Origin: Nitrospirota bacterium
GTDB taxonomy: Bacteria; Nitrospirota; Thermodesulfovibrionia; Thermodesulfovibrionales; Dissulfurispiraceae
Length of the DNA: 64,000 bases
NCBI GenBank assembly: GCA_037441185.1
Contig: JBBISP010000007.1
Span: forward strand, 1 to 64,000
Direction of reading: 5' to 3'
In this document: positions 19,178 through 28,327 of the stretch, one piece after another
Position numbering within the stretch: the stretch's first letter is position 1
Layout of the letters: the number at the start of each line of letters is the position of its first letter
Position numbers and translations under genes: made by a program
The notes under the pieces: model-generated
What the model saw: only the letters and a program-made list of their open reading frames with translations
Databases searched by the model: none
Told to the model about the DNA's origin: nothing

Positions 19178-20959
19178 TTAGCGGGTTAAATTTTCATTTT
19201 TTTTATACGCACAGGGTGTCATTATTTTCTTTGATATTTCGAGTAATTTATTCTGCTCAGCCTTATGAAGATTTGTCTGCGAATAGGTTTCATAATAATC
19301 CTTATAAGGCAGCTTGAAATAAAAACAGCTTCCGTTTTTGCCGTCGCTATTGACGCCGATGATGCCGTTATGTGCTTCTACTATGCTTTTGCATATGGCA
19401 AGACCGAGACCTGTGCCTTCTTTATTTCCGTTTCTGTAAAATTTTTCGAAGACCTTTTCCTGCTCTGATTTTGGGATACCTGGCCCCATGTCCTGTATTG
19501 TAGTGATTATAAAGTTAGTGTCTTGATAGGCATTTATGATTATTTCTGAATGTTGTGGGCTGAACTTAATAGCATTGGATAAAATATTAATAAGAACCTG
19601 TCTTATTCTGTCTTCATCCACATAAACAAATAAACTATCAGGGAGATTGGCATAAAGGATTATATCCTTTTCATCTGCATTAACCTGAAGATTTGCTATA
19701 GTCTCTGCGATTATATAAGAAAGATTTGCATTTGTAAAGTGCATTTCCGATTCTCCCATCTCTATTCTTTCGATATCTAACATGGTGGTTACCATGCGTA
19801 TCAATCGGTCGGAATTTTTCTGTACCACTTCAAAAAATACCTGAAGGTCATTAAGAGATGCCTCCTCAGGATGATGCTGCAGAAAAGAGGAAAGTTTTGC
19901 TGATATGTAATCCATTGCTCCCTTGATTGATGTAAGTGGTGTTCTTAATTCGTGCGATGTTTTGGCTATAAAGTCAGATTTCTGAGTGTTTATTTCATTG
20001 AGAAGGCGGTTGGCTTCGACCAGTTTTTTGTTTGTATCTTCAAGTCCTTTTGTCGCCTCCTTGATCTTTTCGTGCAGACAACTATGATATTCGGTGAGCA
20101 TGCCTGCCATTTCAGCAAAAGAACGGCAGAGATCTTCAAACTCATCCCCTGTCCTCAGTCTATTTTCTGGCGAATATCTGCCCTCTGATAAAGCCTTTAT
20201 GGAGGATTTTAATCTTTTCATTGGTGTAAGAACAACTCTTTTTATCATAAAAAAAATGGCGGTTATAAGGGACAATAAAGTTAAAAGAGCAGCAATAAAC
20301 ATCTTTTTTTTGTTCTCTGAAATTTCAGAAAATGTTTTATCCAAAGGAATTGTTACGCTTATAGCGCCTCTTATGTCGCCTATTTTATAGCCGTCTTTTG
20401 CATGACACTGAAGACATGCCTCTTCAATATAAAGTGGTGATATGTATCTGAGGTATTTAGAGGAATCAATGCTCTCGAAGTGTATGATCTCTTTTAAGCT
20501 GCTGGTTTCAAACTGCTGTAGAGCCTTTTTTTCGAATGCATCTGGAGCATTTTCAGGATTTGTGAGTTTGAGGCTGGTTATATGAAACCAGTAAAATCCT
20601 ATTTCTTGTGAATACTTTGAAAGCTCTTTTGTAACCATTGCCGGATTTCTCTTTAAATATTGCTTGCCTTTTGCATCAATGATTTCTGCGTTTTCCAGAT
20701 ACGGATTTGGTTTGGTCCATGGAAGCTTTTCTACAAAAACACCGCCGTGATCTGCTATCCATCTTCGCGTGATTACTATTTGCTTAAATATAGCACGGGC
20801 TTCATTTTCTACTTGACTCATGATAAGACGCTCCTGCTGACGGGCGATTATATAGAATGAGATGCCGAGTGCTATGGCAAGGGTTATGCTGCAGCCAATG
20901 ATCAGCTTAAGGCTGAGGCTCATCCTTAATGTTCTGATTTTTTTCGCAAAATCAGTCAT
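19178..20959 (-). CDS. Sensor histidine kinase with periplasmic c-type heme domain (DUF3365-like) and HAMP
   Basis: TM, then ITSLKLTNPENAPDAFE...CLQCH...GDIRGAISV, TM, HAMP, SHELRTPL, NAIKF, GTGLGLAI. Confidence 0.9.
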   Translation of the reverse strand: MTDFAKKIRTLRMSLSLKLIIGCSITLAIALGISFYIIARQQERLIMSQVENEARAIFKQIVITRRWIADHGGVFVEKLPWTKPNPYLENAEIIDAKGKQYLKRNPAMVTKELSKYSQEIGFYWFHITSLKLTNPENAPDAFEKKALQQFETSSLKEIIHFESIDSSKYLRYISPLYIEEACLQCHAKDGYKIGDIRGAISVTIPLDKTFSEISENKKKMFIAALLTLLSLITAIFFMIKRVVLTPMKRLKSSIKALSEGRYSPENRLRTGDEFEDLCRSFAEMAGMLTEYHSCLHEKIKEATKGLEDTNKKLVEANRLLNEINTQKSDFIAKTSHELRTPLTSIKGAMDYISAKLSSFLQHHPEEASLNDLQVFFEVVQKNSDRLIRMVTTMLDIERIEMGESEMHFTNANLSYIIAETIANLQVNADEKDIILYANLPDSLFVYVDEDRIRQVLINILSNAIKFSPQHSEIIINAYQDTNFIITTIQDMGPGIPKSEQEKVFEKFYRNGNKEGTGLGLAICKSIVEAHNGIIGVNSDGKNGSCFYFKLPYKDYYETYSQTNLHKAEQNKLLEISKKIMTPCAYKKNENLTR

Positions 20960-21006
20960 ATCGATATTATAACCTAAGGTTAAGCGATTTTGTGAATGGC
21001 AGACAC

Positions 21007-23016
21007 TTAAAGTCTTTTATAAAGCGAGGATATAACGGTTTTATTTTTGCCTTCTGCCTTAGCTTTGTATAGGACTAAATCAGCATTTTTTATCAAATTT
21101 TCAGAGTCTTTGCCGTCCTCAGGGAAAGATGATATTCCGATGCTGACAGTTATAGTTGGATGCAGGAATTTTTCCCATGTGCGTGTAAAGGATTCCTTAA
21201 TATTTTTCCTCATCCTTTCTGCAACTATAAATGCCTCTTCTTTATCTGTCTGAGGCATTAAGACTATGAATTCCTCTCCTCCAAACCTCGATATTATATC
21301 ATTTGATCGTAATGACCTGTGCGCTATGCGAGCAAGCTCCTTCAGCACCTCATCTCCAGCAAGGTGACCTTCAGTGTCATTGAAAAGTTTAAAGTCATCA
21401 ATGTCAAATATTGCAAGAGAAAATACAAAGTTGTAACGTTCTGAGCGATGTATCTCCTCTGATAGGCGGTCATAAAAATATCGCCTGTTAAAAAGACCTG
21501 TTAGGGGGTCTGTGATCGAAAGTTCTTTCAATTTTCCAGCCATGTTGTAGTAATCAGACATTTTTATAGCAATTGATGCAGAGACAGAAAAGTATTTCAA
21601 TAGAGTTAAGTCATTCTCTGTAAAATCCTCACCTGTTTTTTTGTCAGCTATATTCAGCACACCGAATACCTCGGAATCTAATTTCAGCGGGACACTGATA
21701 AAAGAGCTTGTTTTATAGTGTTTTTTTGATTTTATATAAGGCAGTTGAAGTTTTTCCATATTTTCTACTAAGAAAGGTTTGCCCTCTTTAAATACATTGC
21801 CAGCAATGCCTTCTCCTATTTGCAGCCTTATATCTTGTATAAGCCATTTGCTGAGGCCTTTTATTGCTTTTATCATTAATTTGTTTTCTTCGTCAGGTAT
21901 CATTACTGATCCCTTTTCAGCATTCAAAAGTTCGGTAGCTGTATCCACGACTGTATCATACAGCATATCCATATGATGTATATCATGGGTCAATTTAAGG
22001 ATTGAATTGTTTAGGTTTTTTATGTTGTCAACGAATTTGTTATGCAGGATGCGAAGATGCGGGTTTCTTAAGACAAGGCTTGCAAGCTTGCACAACTCTA
22101 AAATGCCGTATGTCTCTTCTTTTGAGATAGGCGAGTTGTATATGACAAGCAATCCATAATTATCTGACAAAGGAAATAGATGCATTGACTTTATGCTGTC
22201 AGGAAGTCCGAGTTTTGATATTTCAAATATATTATTTGTAGATGTAAAGGTGAAATCCTTCAGTGAGCGGCTGAGTAATGGATTGTCGGCTTCTATACTT
22301 AAATCAGATACATCTGCGCTGAGTTTGCCGGAGGTTATTGCAGCTTTAAAATAGTTTCCTTTGTTGACTATTACAGAGGCTGTCTCCACATTAAATAGAA
22401 ATAGCACAGAATCTATTAGCAGTGAGTATAATTCCTCTTTGGTTGAAGATGAATTGGTGTGAAATAACACATCTAACATAGTTTTGATCCACTGGAATCT
22501 TTTATTAACAAGAGTTTTTTCATAGCTGTTAAACAGTATAGTTTCGTAAAGAGACTTTATGTGCAGAGCTATTTTCTGAACAGACTGAAGGTCTTTTATT
22601 TTGTTTTTTTCTGACCATGACTGAAGGCTCGATGCTGAAAAACCGAAATTGCGTCCGTTTTTCATAAAGAAATCCTCAAATTCTGATTTCGCATTATAAA
22701 ATGAGCCGCTTATGAAAAGAAGTTTAAAACCATTGACATTAATAGGAATAAACAAGTGATACTGATTTGCAATTCCCTGAAAAACGGATATATCACTTCT
22801 TATGGCTGCATTTTCAGCGCTATTTCTAATGAATTTATTATATTCCTCTTTGTCAGACGCGTAAGATTTTATTTGTTCAATGATTGGATCTTCTTTTTTA
22901 GAGGGTATCAGCAAAGTGCCAGTAACATCATAGGTAGAAAAAGGGATATCTATGATCTCTGAAATAGAGTCCTGCACAATGGACAATGCCTTGATGTCGA
23001 CAAATTCAAGATTCAT
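21007..23016 (-). CDS. Diguanylate cyclase with PocR-like and GAF sensory domains
   Basis: TDPLTGLFNRR, DIDDFKLFNDTEGH, RSND..SRFGGEEF; GAF region GEGIAG..SVPL..GVLNI. Confidence 0.9.
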   Translation of the reverse strand: MNLEFVDIKALSIVQDSISEIIDIPFSTYDVTGTLLIPSKKEDPIIEQIKSYASDKEEYNKFIRNSAENAAIRSDISVFQGIANQYHLFIPINVNGFKLLFISGSFYNAKSEFEDFFMKNGRNFGFSASSLQSWSEKNKIKDLQSVQKIALHIKSLYETILFNSYEKTLVNKRFQWIKTMLDVLFHTNSSSTKEELYSLLIDSVLFLFNVETASVIVNKGNYFKAAITSGKLSADVSDLSIEADNPLLSRSLKDFTFTSTNNIFEISKLGLPDSIKSMHLFPLSDNYGLLVIYNSPISKEETYGILELCKLASLVLRNPHLRILHNKFVDNIKNLNNSILKLTHDIHHMDMLYDTVVDTATELLNAEKGSVMIPDEENKLMIKAIKGLSKWLIQDIRLQIGEGIAGNVFKEGKPFLVENMEKLQLPYIKSKKHYKTSSFISVPLKLDSEVFGVLNIADKKTGEDFTENDLTLLKYFSVSASIAIKMSDYYNMAGKLKELSITDPLTGLFNRRYFYDRLSEEIHRSERYNFVFSLAIFDIDDFKLFNDTEGHLAGDEVLKELARIAHRSLRSNDIISRFGGEEFIVLMPQTDKEEAFIVAERMRKNIKESFTRTWEKFLHPTITVSIGISSFPEDGKDSENLIKNADLVLYKAKAEGKNKTVISSLYKRL

Positions 23017-23158
23017 AGGTTCCCTGTGAGCGCAAAGATTATATACTTATTATAAATGAAAGAATAAAAGATTGTAATAGATATGTCAATACTACCTTTT
23101 GTATTTTTTCTCAAATTGCAGATATTATTGCTTCAGTATGTTATGATTGTAGTTCCAA

Positions 23159-23743
23159 ATGAAGTTTCTGAAAAGACTATACGATTGGGTTTTACACTGG
23201 GCACATACCCCATACGGCATGCCAGCCTTATTCATACTTGCCTTTGCAGAATCATCATTCTTCCCTATACCCCCAGATGTCCTTTTAATAGCACTGGGGC
23301 TTTCGATCCCTAAAAAGGCATTTAAATATGCACTTGTATGCACAGCAGGCTCTGTTTTGGGAGGAGCATTTGGTTATCTTTTAGGGTGGCAGTTCTGGGA
23401 GATTGCAAAAGGCATATTGTTTAATTATATAGATGCAGCGGGTTTTGAAAGTGTAAGAAACTATTTCATAGAATACGAGGCATGGGCAGTAAGTATAGCT
23501 GGATTTACACCCGTCCCATATAAGGTTTTTACCATTGCAGCAGGTTTTTTTAGGGCAGACTTTATAGTCTTTTTAATCGCCTCGCTTTTAAGCAGAGGAG
23601 CGAGGTTTTTTCTTGTCTCTGCTTTAATATATAAATTCGGTCCGCCTATTCATGCATTTATTGATAAATATTTCAATACCCTGACACTTGTTTTTATGTT
23701 TCTTCTTATTAGCGGATTTTTACTAATAAGATATGTCCTGTGA
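23159..23743 (+). CDS. YqaA/DedA (VTT) family membrane protein
   Basis: AFAESSFFPIPPDVLL, GSVLGG, AGFTPVPYKVFTIAAG, SRGARFF. Confidence 0.9.
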   Translation: MKFLKRLYDWVLHWAHTPYGMPALFILAFAESSFFPIPPDVLLIALGLSIPKKAFKYALVCTAGSVLGGAFGYLLGWQFWEIAKGILFNYIDAAGFESVRNYFIEYEAWAVSIAGFTPVPYKVFTIAAGFFRADFIVFLIASLLSRGARFFLVSALIYKFGPPIHAFIDKYFNTLTLVFMFLLISGFLLIRYVL

Positions 23744-23749
23744 TATAAT
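23741..23749 (+). promoter_or_regulatory. Extended -10 promoter element (TGnTATAAT), leaderless geometry
   Basis: TGATATAAT ends 5 nt before ATG 23755; no Shine-Dalgarno sequence. Confidence 0.55.
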
Positions 23750-23754
23750 TCTTC

Positions 23755-23922
23755 ATGAATATATGCCAGATTTGCCAGCAGCCTCAGGATAAATGTATAT
23801 GCTGCCCTGAATGAGGGCATATATGCCCATTGGATATGGGTGAATCATACTGTCCTGTATGCAAGCCCGATCCAAAAGAAATGCTGAAGGCAACGATAGA
23901 AAGTCTAAAGAAAATAGAGTAA
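23755..23922 (+). CDS. Cys-rich microprotein with in-frame TGA (putative selenocysteine, CxxU), 55 aa
   Basis: MNICQICQQPQDKCICCPE*GHICPLDMGESYCPVCKPDPKEMLKATIESLKKIE; TGA at 23812-23814; hairpin at 23825-23841; TAA sits just before the yajQ RBS. Confidence 0.7.
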
Positions 23923-23933
23923 TGGAGGGAAAA

Positions 23934-24431
23934 ATGGCAGAAGAACATTCCTTTGATATAGTATGCGAAGTGAATATGCAGGAGGTCTTAAACTCAGTTG
24001 ATCAGGCAATGAAGGAGATAGTCCAGAGGTTTGATTTCAAAGGAAGCAAAAGCAGCATAGAGCTTGATAAAGGGAAAAGTTTAATTACTTTTATTTCAGA
24101 TGACGAAGTGAAGCTAAAGAGCGTTATTGACATCCTGCAATCAAAGCTCGTTAAAAGAGGGGTTTCTTTGAAGGCGCTTAATTACGGCAAGATAGAGCAG
24201 GCAGCAGGAAACACGGTAAGGCAGATTATAACACTTCAGCAGGGCATACCCCAGGAAAAGGCAAAAGAGATAGTAAAACTGGTAAAAGATACCAAGATGA
24301 AGGTTAATGCAGAGATACAGAAAGATCAGGTTCGCGTAAAGGCAAAGAAGATAGACGATCTTCAGGCGATTATCACAAAACTCAAAGAGAAGGATTTCGG
24401 GATAGCCCTGCAGTTTGCGAATTATAGATGA
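23934..24431 (+). CDS. yajQ: YajQ family nucleotide (c-di-GMP)-binding protein
   Basis: SFDIVCEVNMQEVLNSVDQ, RFDFKGSKS, IQKDQVRV..KKIDDLQ, LQFANYR; ATG after ggaggg. Confidence 0.93.
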   Translation: MAEEHSFDIVCEVNMQEVLNSVDQAMKEIVQRFDFKGSKSSIELDKGKSLITFISDDEVKLKSVIDILQSKLVKRGVSLKALNYGKIEQAAGNTVRQIITLQQGIPQEKAKEIVKLVKDTKMKVNAEIQKDQVRVKAKKIDDLQAIITKLKEKDFGIALQFANYR

Positions 24432-25276
24432 GCCTTAAACAAACCCTTAACAGGCTTTACAGAGACTATAATTTCAATGGGCGTATTCTTCACGACCCTA
24501 TAGAATTTCCCCATCGGTATAAAAGACCGGAAGACATTGAGGTCTCCGGTTTTATCGCATCATGTTTTGCATACGGCAGGGTGGATCTGTTTAAGCCTGT
24601 TATAAAAAGAATTCTTTCAATAATGGGCGAAAGTCCCTATGATTTTTTGGTTAATTTCGACTTAAAGAGACATGGACATTTGCTTTCAGGCATTAAATAC
24701 AGGTTCAATGAGAATAATGATATTATTTGTCTTTTACACATGCTGAGCATGGCTTTAAAAAGATTTAAACGACTCGATGCCCTCTTTAAGCTTCACTCAT
24801 GGGATAATGATCCCAATATCGGTATTGGACAGGCAGGATTTGTAGAGTCTTTATTGGGCACAGATACATCGCTTGTGTATGGTAAAAACATAAGGCCAAT
24901 GGGTTTACTCCAGTTCTTTCCCTCTCCAAAGAAAGGCAGTGCGTGCAAGAGGATGAATCTTTTTTTGAGATGGATGATAAGGGATAAGGATATTGATTTT
25001 GGAATTTGGAAGGGAATCCCAAAGAATAAGCTGGTCATTCCTCTTGATACGCACATAGCGCGTATATCGAAATGTCTCGGTTTTACGAAGAGGTCGTCGC
25101 AGGGCTGGAAAATGGCTGTTGAGATTACAGATTCTCTGAAAAGACTTGATCCAGAGGACCCGCTTAAATACGACTTTGCATTATGCCATAAGGGGATTTC
25201 AAAGATATGCAGCAAGATGAATTGCAGGGAATGCAACCTGCTGTCTAAGGCTGAAGCCTTCCATCTTTTAGCTTGA
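24428..25276 (+). CDS. TIGR02757 family protein
   Basis: DPIEFPHRY, FAYGRV, SACKRMNLFLRWM, IPLDTHIARI, DPEDPLKYDFAL. Confidence 0.88.
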   Translation: MSLKQTLNRLYRDYNFNGRILHDPIEFPHRYKRPEDIEVSGFIASCFAYGRVDLFKPVIKRILSIMGESPYDFLVNFDLKRHGHLLSGIKYRFNENNDIICLLHMLSMALKRFKRLDALFKLHSWDNDPNIGIGQAGFVESLLGTDTSLVYGKNIRPMGLLQFFPSPKKGSACKRMNLFLRWMIRDKDIDFGIWKGIPKNKLVIPLDTHIARISKCLGFTKRSSQGWKMAVEITDSLKRLDPEDPLKYDFALCHKGISKICSKMNCRECNLLSKAEAFHLLA

Positions 25277-25901
25277 TAGTCTTTTCTGCCCTTGATGCAA
25301 GCTCAGGATTATGGGTGATCATTATAACTGTCAATCCTCTTTTATGGAGGGATTTCAGCAGATCAAATATCTTTTCACTGTTTTCTGTGTCAAGATTGCC
25401 TGTTGGTTCATCTGCGAGAAGTATCTCAGGGTTATTTACTAATGCCCTTGCTATGGCCACTCTCTGCATTTCACCACCGCTTAATTGATTAGGATTATGA
25501 TGAATGCGTTCTTTCAAACCGACAAGCTCAAGAAGAGATGCTATATCATTTTTATCTTTATGTCTTCTGTTAAAGAGAAGAGGAAGTGTTACATTTTCGT
25601 ATACATTAAGTCCAGGTATTAAATAAAATTGTTGGAAAACGAAGCCTATCTTCTGCCTTCTGATTCTTACAAGCTCAGACTCGGACATATTTTCTACCTC
25701 AATGCCGTCTATCTTTATGATCCCATTTGACGGTTTATCAAGGCATCCGATTATATGCAAGAGTGTGGTCTTTCCAGAGCCTGATGCGCCTGTAACTGAT
25801 ATAAATTCCCCTTGCTGGATGTTCAGGTTTATTCCTCTCAGAGCATTAACCTCTTCTGAACCCCTTATATATACTTTTGTTATATCTTTAAGTTCAATCA
25901 T
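25245..25901 (-). CDS. ABC transporter ATP-binding protein (LolD/MacB-like)
   Basis: GASGSGKTT, LSGGEMQRVAIARAL, LADEPTGNLD. Confidence 0.95.
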   Translation of the reverse strand: MIELKDITKVYIRGSEEVNALRGINLNIQQGEFISVTGASGSGKTTLLHIIGCLDKPSNGIIKIDGIEVENMSESELVRIRRQKIGFVFQQFYLIPGLNVYENVTLPLLFNRRHKDKNDIASLLELVGLKERIHHNPNQLSGGEMQRVAIARALVNNPEILLADEPTGNLDTENSEKIFDLLKSLHKRGLTVIMITHNPELASRAEKTIKLKDGRLQP

Positions 25902-27055
25902 CCCTTTATAGCCTCAATTGGATTTATCCTCGATGCCCTCCATGCTGGGTAAAGACCTGAAAGAATGCCTACTAAAAGAGAAAAAAAGATGCACAGTCCT
26001 GCAAGCCATAATTCAAAGGATATCATCCTGCCTGAAGGGACATAAGGCATAAAACTTCTCACAAACCCCTCTATAATACCCGAACCTATAACAGATAGGA
26101 TTATGCCTACAAATCCACCAGCGGCAGTAAGCATTGTGGTCTCCTTTATTATTATCCTGAATATGTCAAATTTTGATGCGCCTATTGCCCTCATCATGCC
26201 TATCTCTTGCGTTCTTTCAAATATTGCCATAAGTATAGAGTTCATAACGCCCACTGCGCTTATAAGAATGGCTATTATTGCAATAGAGAGGCTTAATATC
26301 TTTGCAGAACTGGCAAGGCTTGCAAGGCTCTGCATTACCTGGCCCATTGTCACTATCTGTATGCCAGGGATTTTCATTGAGAGTTCTTCTGTAATTTGGG
26401 TTAAAAGCTCAGGGTCGGATACCTTCACCCCGATGGCAGTAGCTCCATCAGGTTTTTTCATTATCTCCTGAACAGCCTTTATAGGCATATAAAGGAATGC
26501 ATCATCCTGACTCCCAGTTTTTTGTAATATGCCTGAAACCTTAAAGGGCTTTTTGCCGTAAAAAATGGTGTCGCCAATCTTTATGTTGTCATGCCCTGCT
26601 ATTTCTGAGCCGATTATAACGGCATCGTCTGTTTCAGGTATTGCGCCTTCAATTTCCCATGCAGGCTTAAGTTTTTTTAAATGAGACATTTCCATTCCAT
26701 ATACGAGGTCAACTCTTCCTCTTTCAGGATTTGGCAATTGAGTAACAAGGATGGGGGAGGCGAGGTCTATTCCGCTTATGTCTTTTATTTTTTCGAATAC
26801 ATTTAAATCAAGGAATTTTGGTATAACAGCGCCGTGAAGCACAAGAGATGCAACCTCATGAGGACAGCCTGATGGAACAACCATGAAGTGTATTCCAGCC
26901 CTTTGAAGTTCCTTTGCCAGACCCCTTTCAAAGCCTCTGTTAAAGGATATGATAGAAAAAAGAACAGCAACTGAAGTGGCTATGCCAACAAGGGTAAGAA
27001 GACTCCTTATTTTGTGTCTCAGGAGATTTTTAACAGCAAGTTTAAGAAATGGCAT
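25898..27055 (-). CDS. ABC transporter permease (FtsX/MacB-like)
   Basis: RSLLTLVGI, ERTQEIGMMRAIGA, YPAWRASRINPIEA. Confidence 0.92.
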   Translation of the reverse strand: MPFLKLAVKNLLRHKIRSLLTLVGIATSVAVLFSIISFNRGFERGLAKELQRAGIHFMVVPSGCPHEVASLVLHGAVIPKFLDLNVFEKIKDISGIDLASPILVTQLPNPERGRVDLVYGMEMSHLKKLKPAWEIEGAIPETDDAVIIGSEIAGHDNIKIGDTIFYGKKPFKVSGILQKTGSQDDAFLYMPIKAVQEIMKKPDGATAIGVKVSDPELLTQITEELSMKIPGIQIVTMGQVMQSLASLASSAKILSLSIAIIAILISAVGVMNSILMAIFERTQEIGMMRAIGASKFDIFRIIIKETTMLTAAGGFVGIILSVIGSGIIEGFVRSFMPYVPSGRMISFELWLAGLCIFFSLLVGILSGLYPAWRASRINPIEAIKG

Positions 27056-27429
27056 TAGCTTATCTCTACTGCATGGGCTATTATCATATAATTGCCTCCT
27101 TCATTTACTGCAACACCTGTTACTTTTGCCTTTTTGCCTGTTTTTGGAGGTATTGTAATGCCACTTGGCTTTAAGTTTATAAATATCTGGCCTGTCCCGT
27201 CATTGAGAAAGAACCAGCAGCCATCTCCCTGGCACTGTGTTGTTATTATGCCCTCAAGGTTTATTGTTTGCCCCTGAAGGGATGGATTGAGGATAACATC
27301 CTTTACCTTTACTAATGGAGCGCTCTTATTAATATCAGCGCCATATTTTTCTGCTGCACAGCCCGTTACAAGCAAAACAGTAGTAACGAGCAAAAAAGCT
27401 GTGATTAAAAATGTGGCTGCTCTTTTCAT
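27055..27429 (-). CDS. Lipoprotein with OB-fold-like CQxxGCW domain (DUF4920-like)
   Basis: Lipobox VTGC, TINLEGIITTQCQGDGCWFFLNDGTG; RBS aggagg. Confidence 0.6.
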   Translation of the reverse strand: MKRAATFLITAFLLVTTVLLVTGCAAEKYGADINKSAPLVKVKDVILNPSLQGQTINLEGIITTQCQGDGCWFFLNDGTGQIFINLKPSGITIPPKTGKKAKVTGVAVNEGGNYMIIAHAVEIS

Positions 27430-27495
27430 AAACACCTCCTGGTATAATCTTCCGTATTGTCAAAAGTTTTTAAGCTAAAAGCTTTACAGTAATTT

Positions 27496-27565
27496 GTCAT
27501 TCCCGTGCAAACGGGAATCCAGATATTTTAATACGCCATCCCTGCTGGAGTTTATCCCGTGTGGG
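27496..27565. repeat. REP-like palindromic element (ATTCCC-N8-GGGAAT core)
   Basis: gtcattcccgt-gcaa-acgggaatccag followed by a degenerate second half. Confidence 0.65.
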
Positions 27566-27774
27566 TTTCATATCAACTATCCCTGTTTTTCATACAACTT
27601 TTAACATTACTATAGAATAACATAATAATTGTGAAAATGTCAGGCAAAATTAAATGTTTTGCCTCATGAATTAAGCCACGCCCTTATCAGAGAGACATTA
27701 TCAAATTTATTTTTGACAGGTATGTGTTTTGAGGTATAATAATTAGAAATAAAGGCTAAAGACAATCTCCAGCT

Positions 27775-28233
27775 ATGAATATAGACCATAAACTTAAAGA
27801 ATTAGGCATCACCCTTTTAGATGCTCCTAAGCCTCTGGGCTCTTATGTGCCGTGCGTTCAGGCAGGAAATCTCTTATTCCTTAGCGGAATTTTGCCTCTT
27901 GTAGATGGAAAACTTATAAGAACAGGTAGGGTAGGAGATTCTGTCTCTTTACAAGAAGCGCAGGAGGATGCAAAGCAGATCGTAATAAATGCTTTATCAA
28001 TTATTAAATCAAATCTTGGAGGTCTTGATAAAGTCAAAAGATGTGTAAAGCTCAACGGCTATGTTGCATCTGCTCCTGATTTTACAGAACAGCCAAAGGT
28101 CTTAAATGCCGCATCTGATTTGTTATTCGAAATTTTTGGCGAAGCAGGCAGGCACGCCCGTGCAGCAGTCGGCGTTTATGTGCTTCCTCTAAACTCGCCA
28201 ATTGAGATAGATTTTGTTTTTGAAGCGGCTTAA
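27775..28233 (+). CDS. RidA/YjgF family protein
   Basis: PKPLGSYVP, LFLSGILP, NAASDLLFEIFGEAGRHARAAVG. Confidence 0.9.
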   Translation: MNIDHKLKELGITLLDAPKPLGSYVPCVQAGNLLFLSGILPLVDGKLIRTGRVGDSVSLQEAQEDAKQIVINALSIIKSNLGGLDKVKRCVKLNGYVASAPDFTEQPKVLNAASDLLFEIFGEAGRHARAAVGVYVLPLNSPIEIDFVFEAA

Positions 28234-28327
28234 ATCAAGCCAAGCTCTTTTAACTGTGTCACCGTCTTATCGAATTCAGGACAATACTTATATCTAAGCT
28301 GTATAATTGCCTCATAAGGCTTTATTT

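Noticed and set aside
23859..23933. 25-aa N-terminal extension of YajQ given in the ORF track
   Set aside because: YajQ similarity begins at ATG 23934 with a good RBS; the upstream DNA is better explained by the Cys-rich microprotein in another frame
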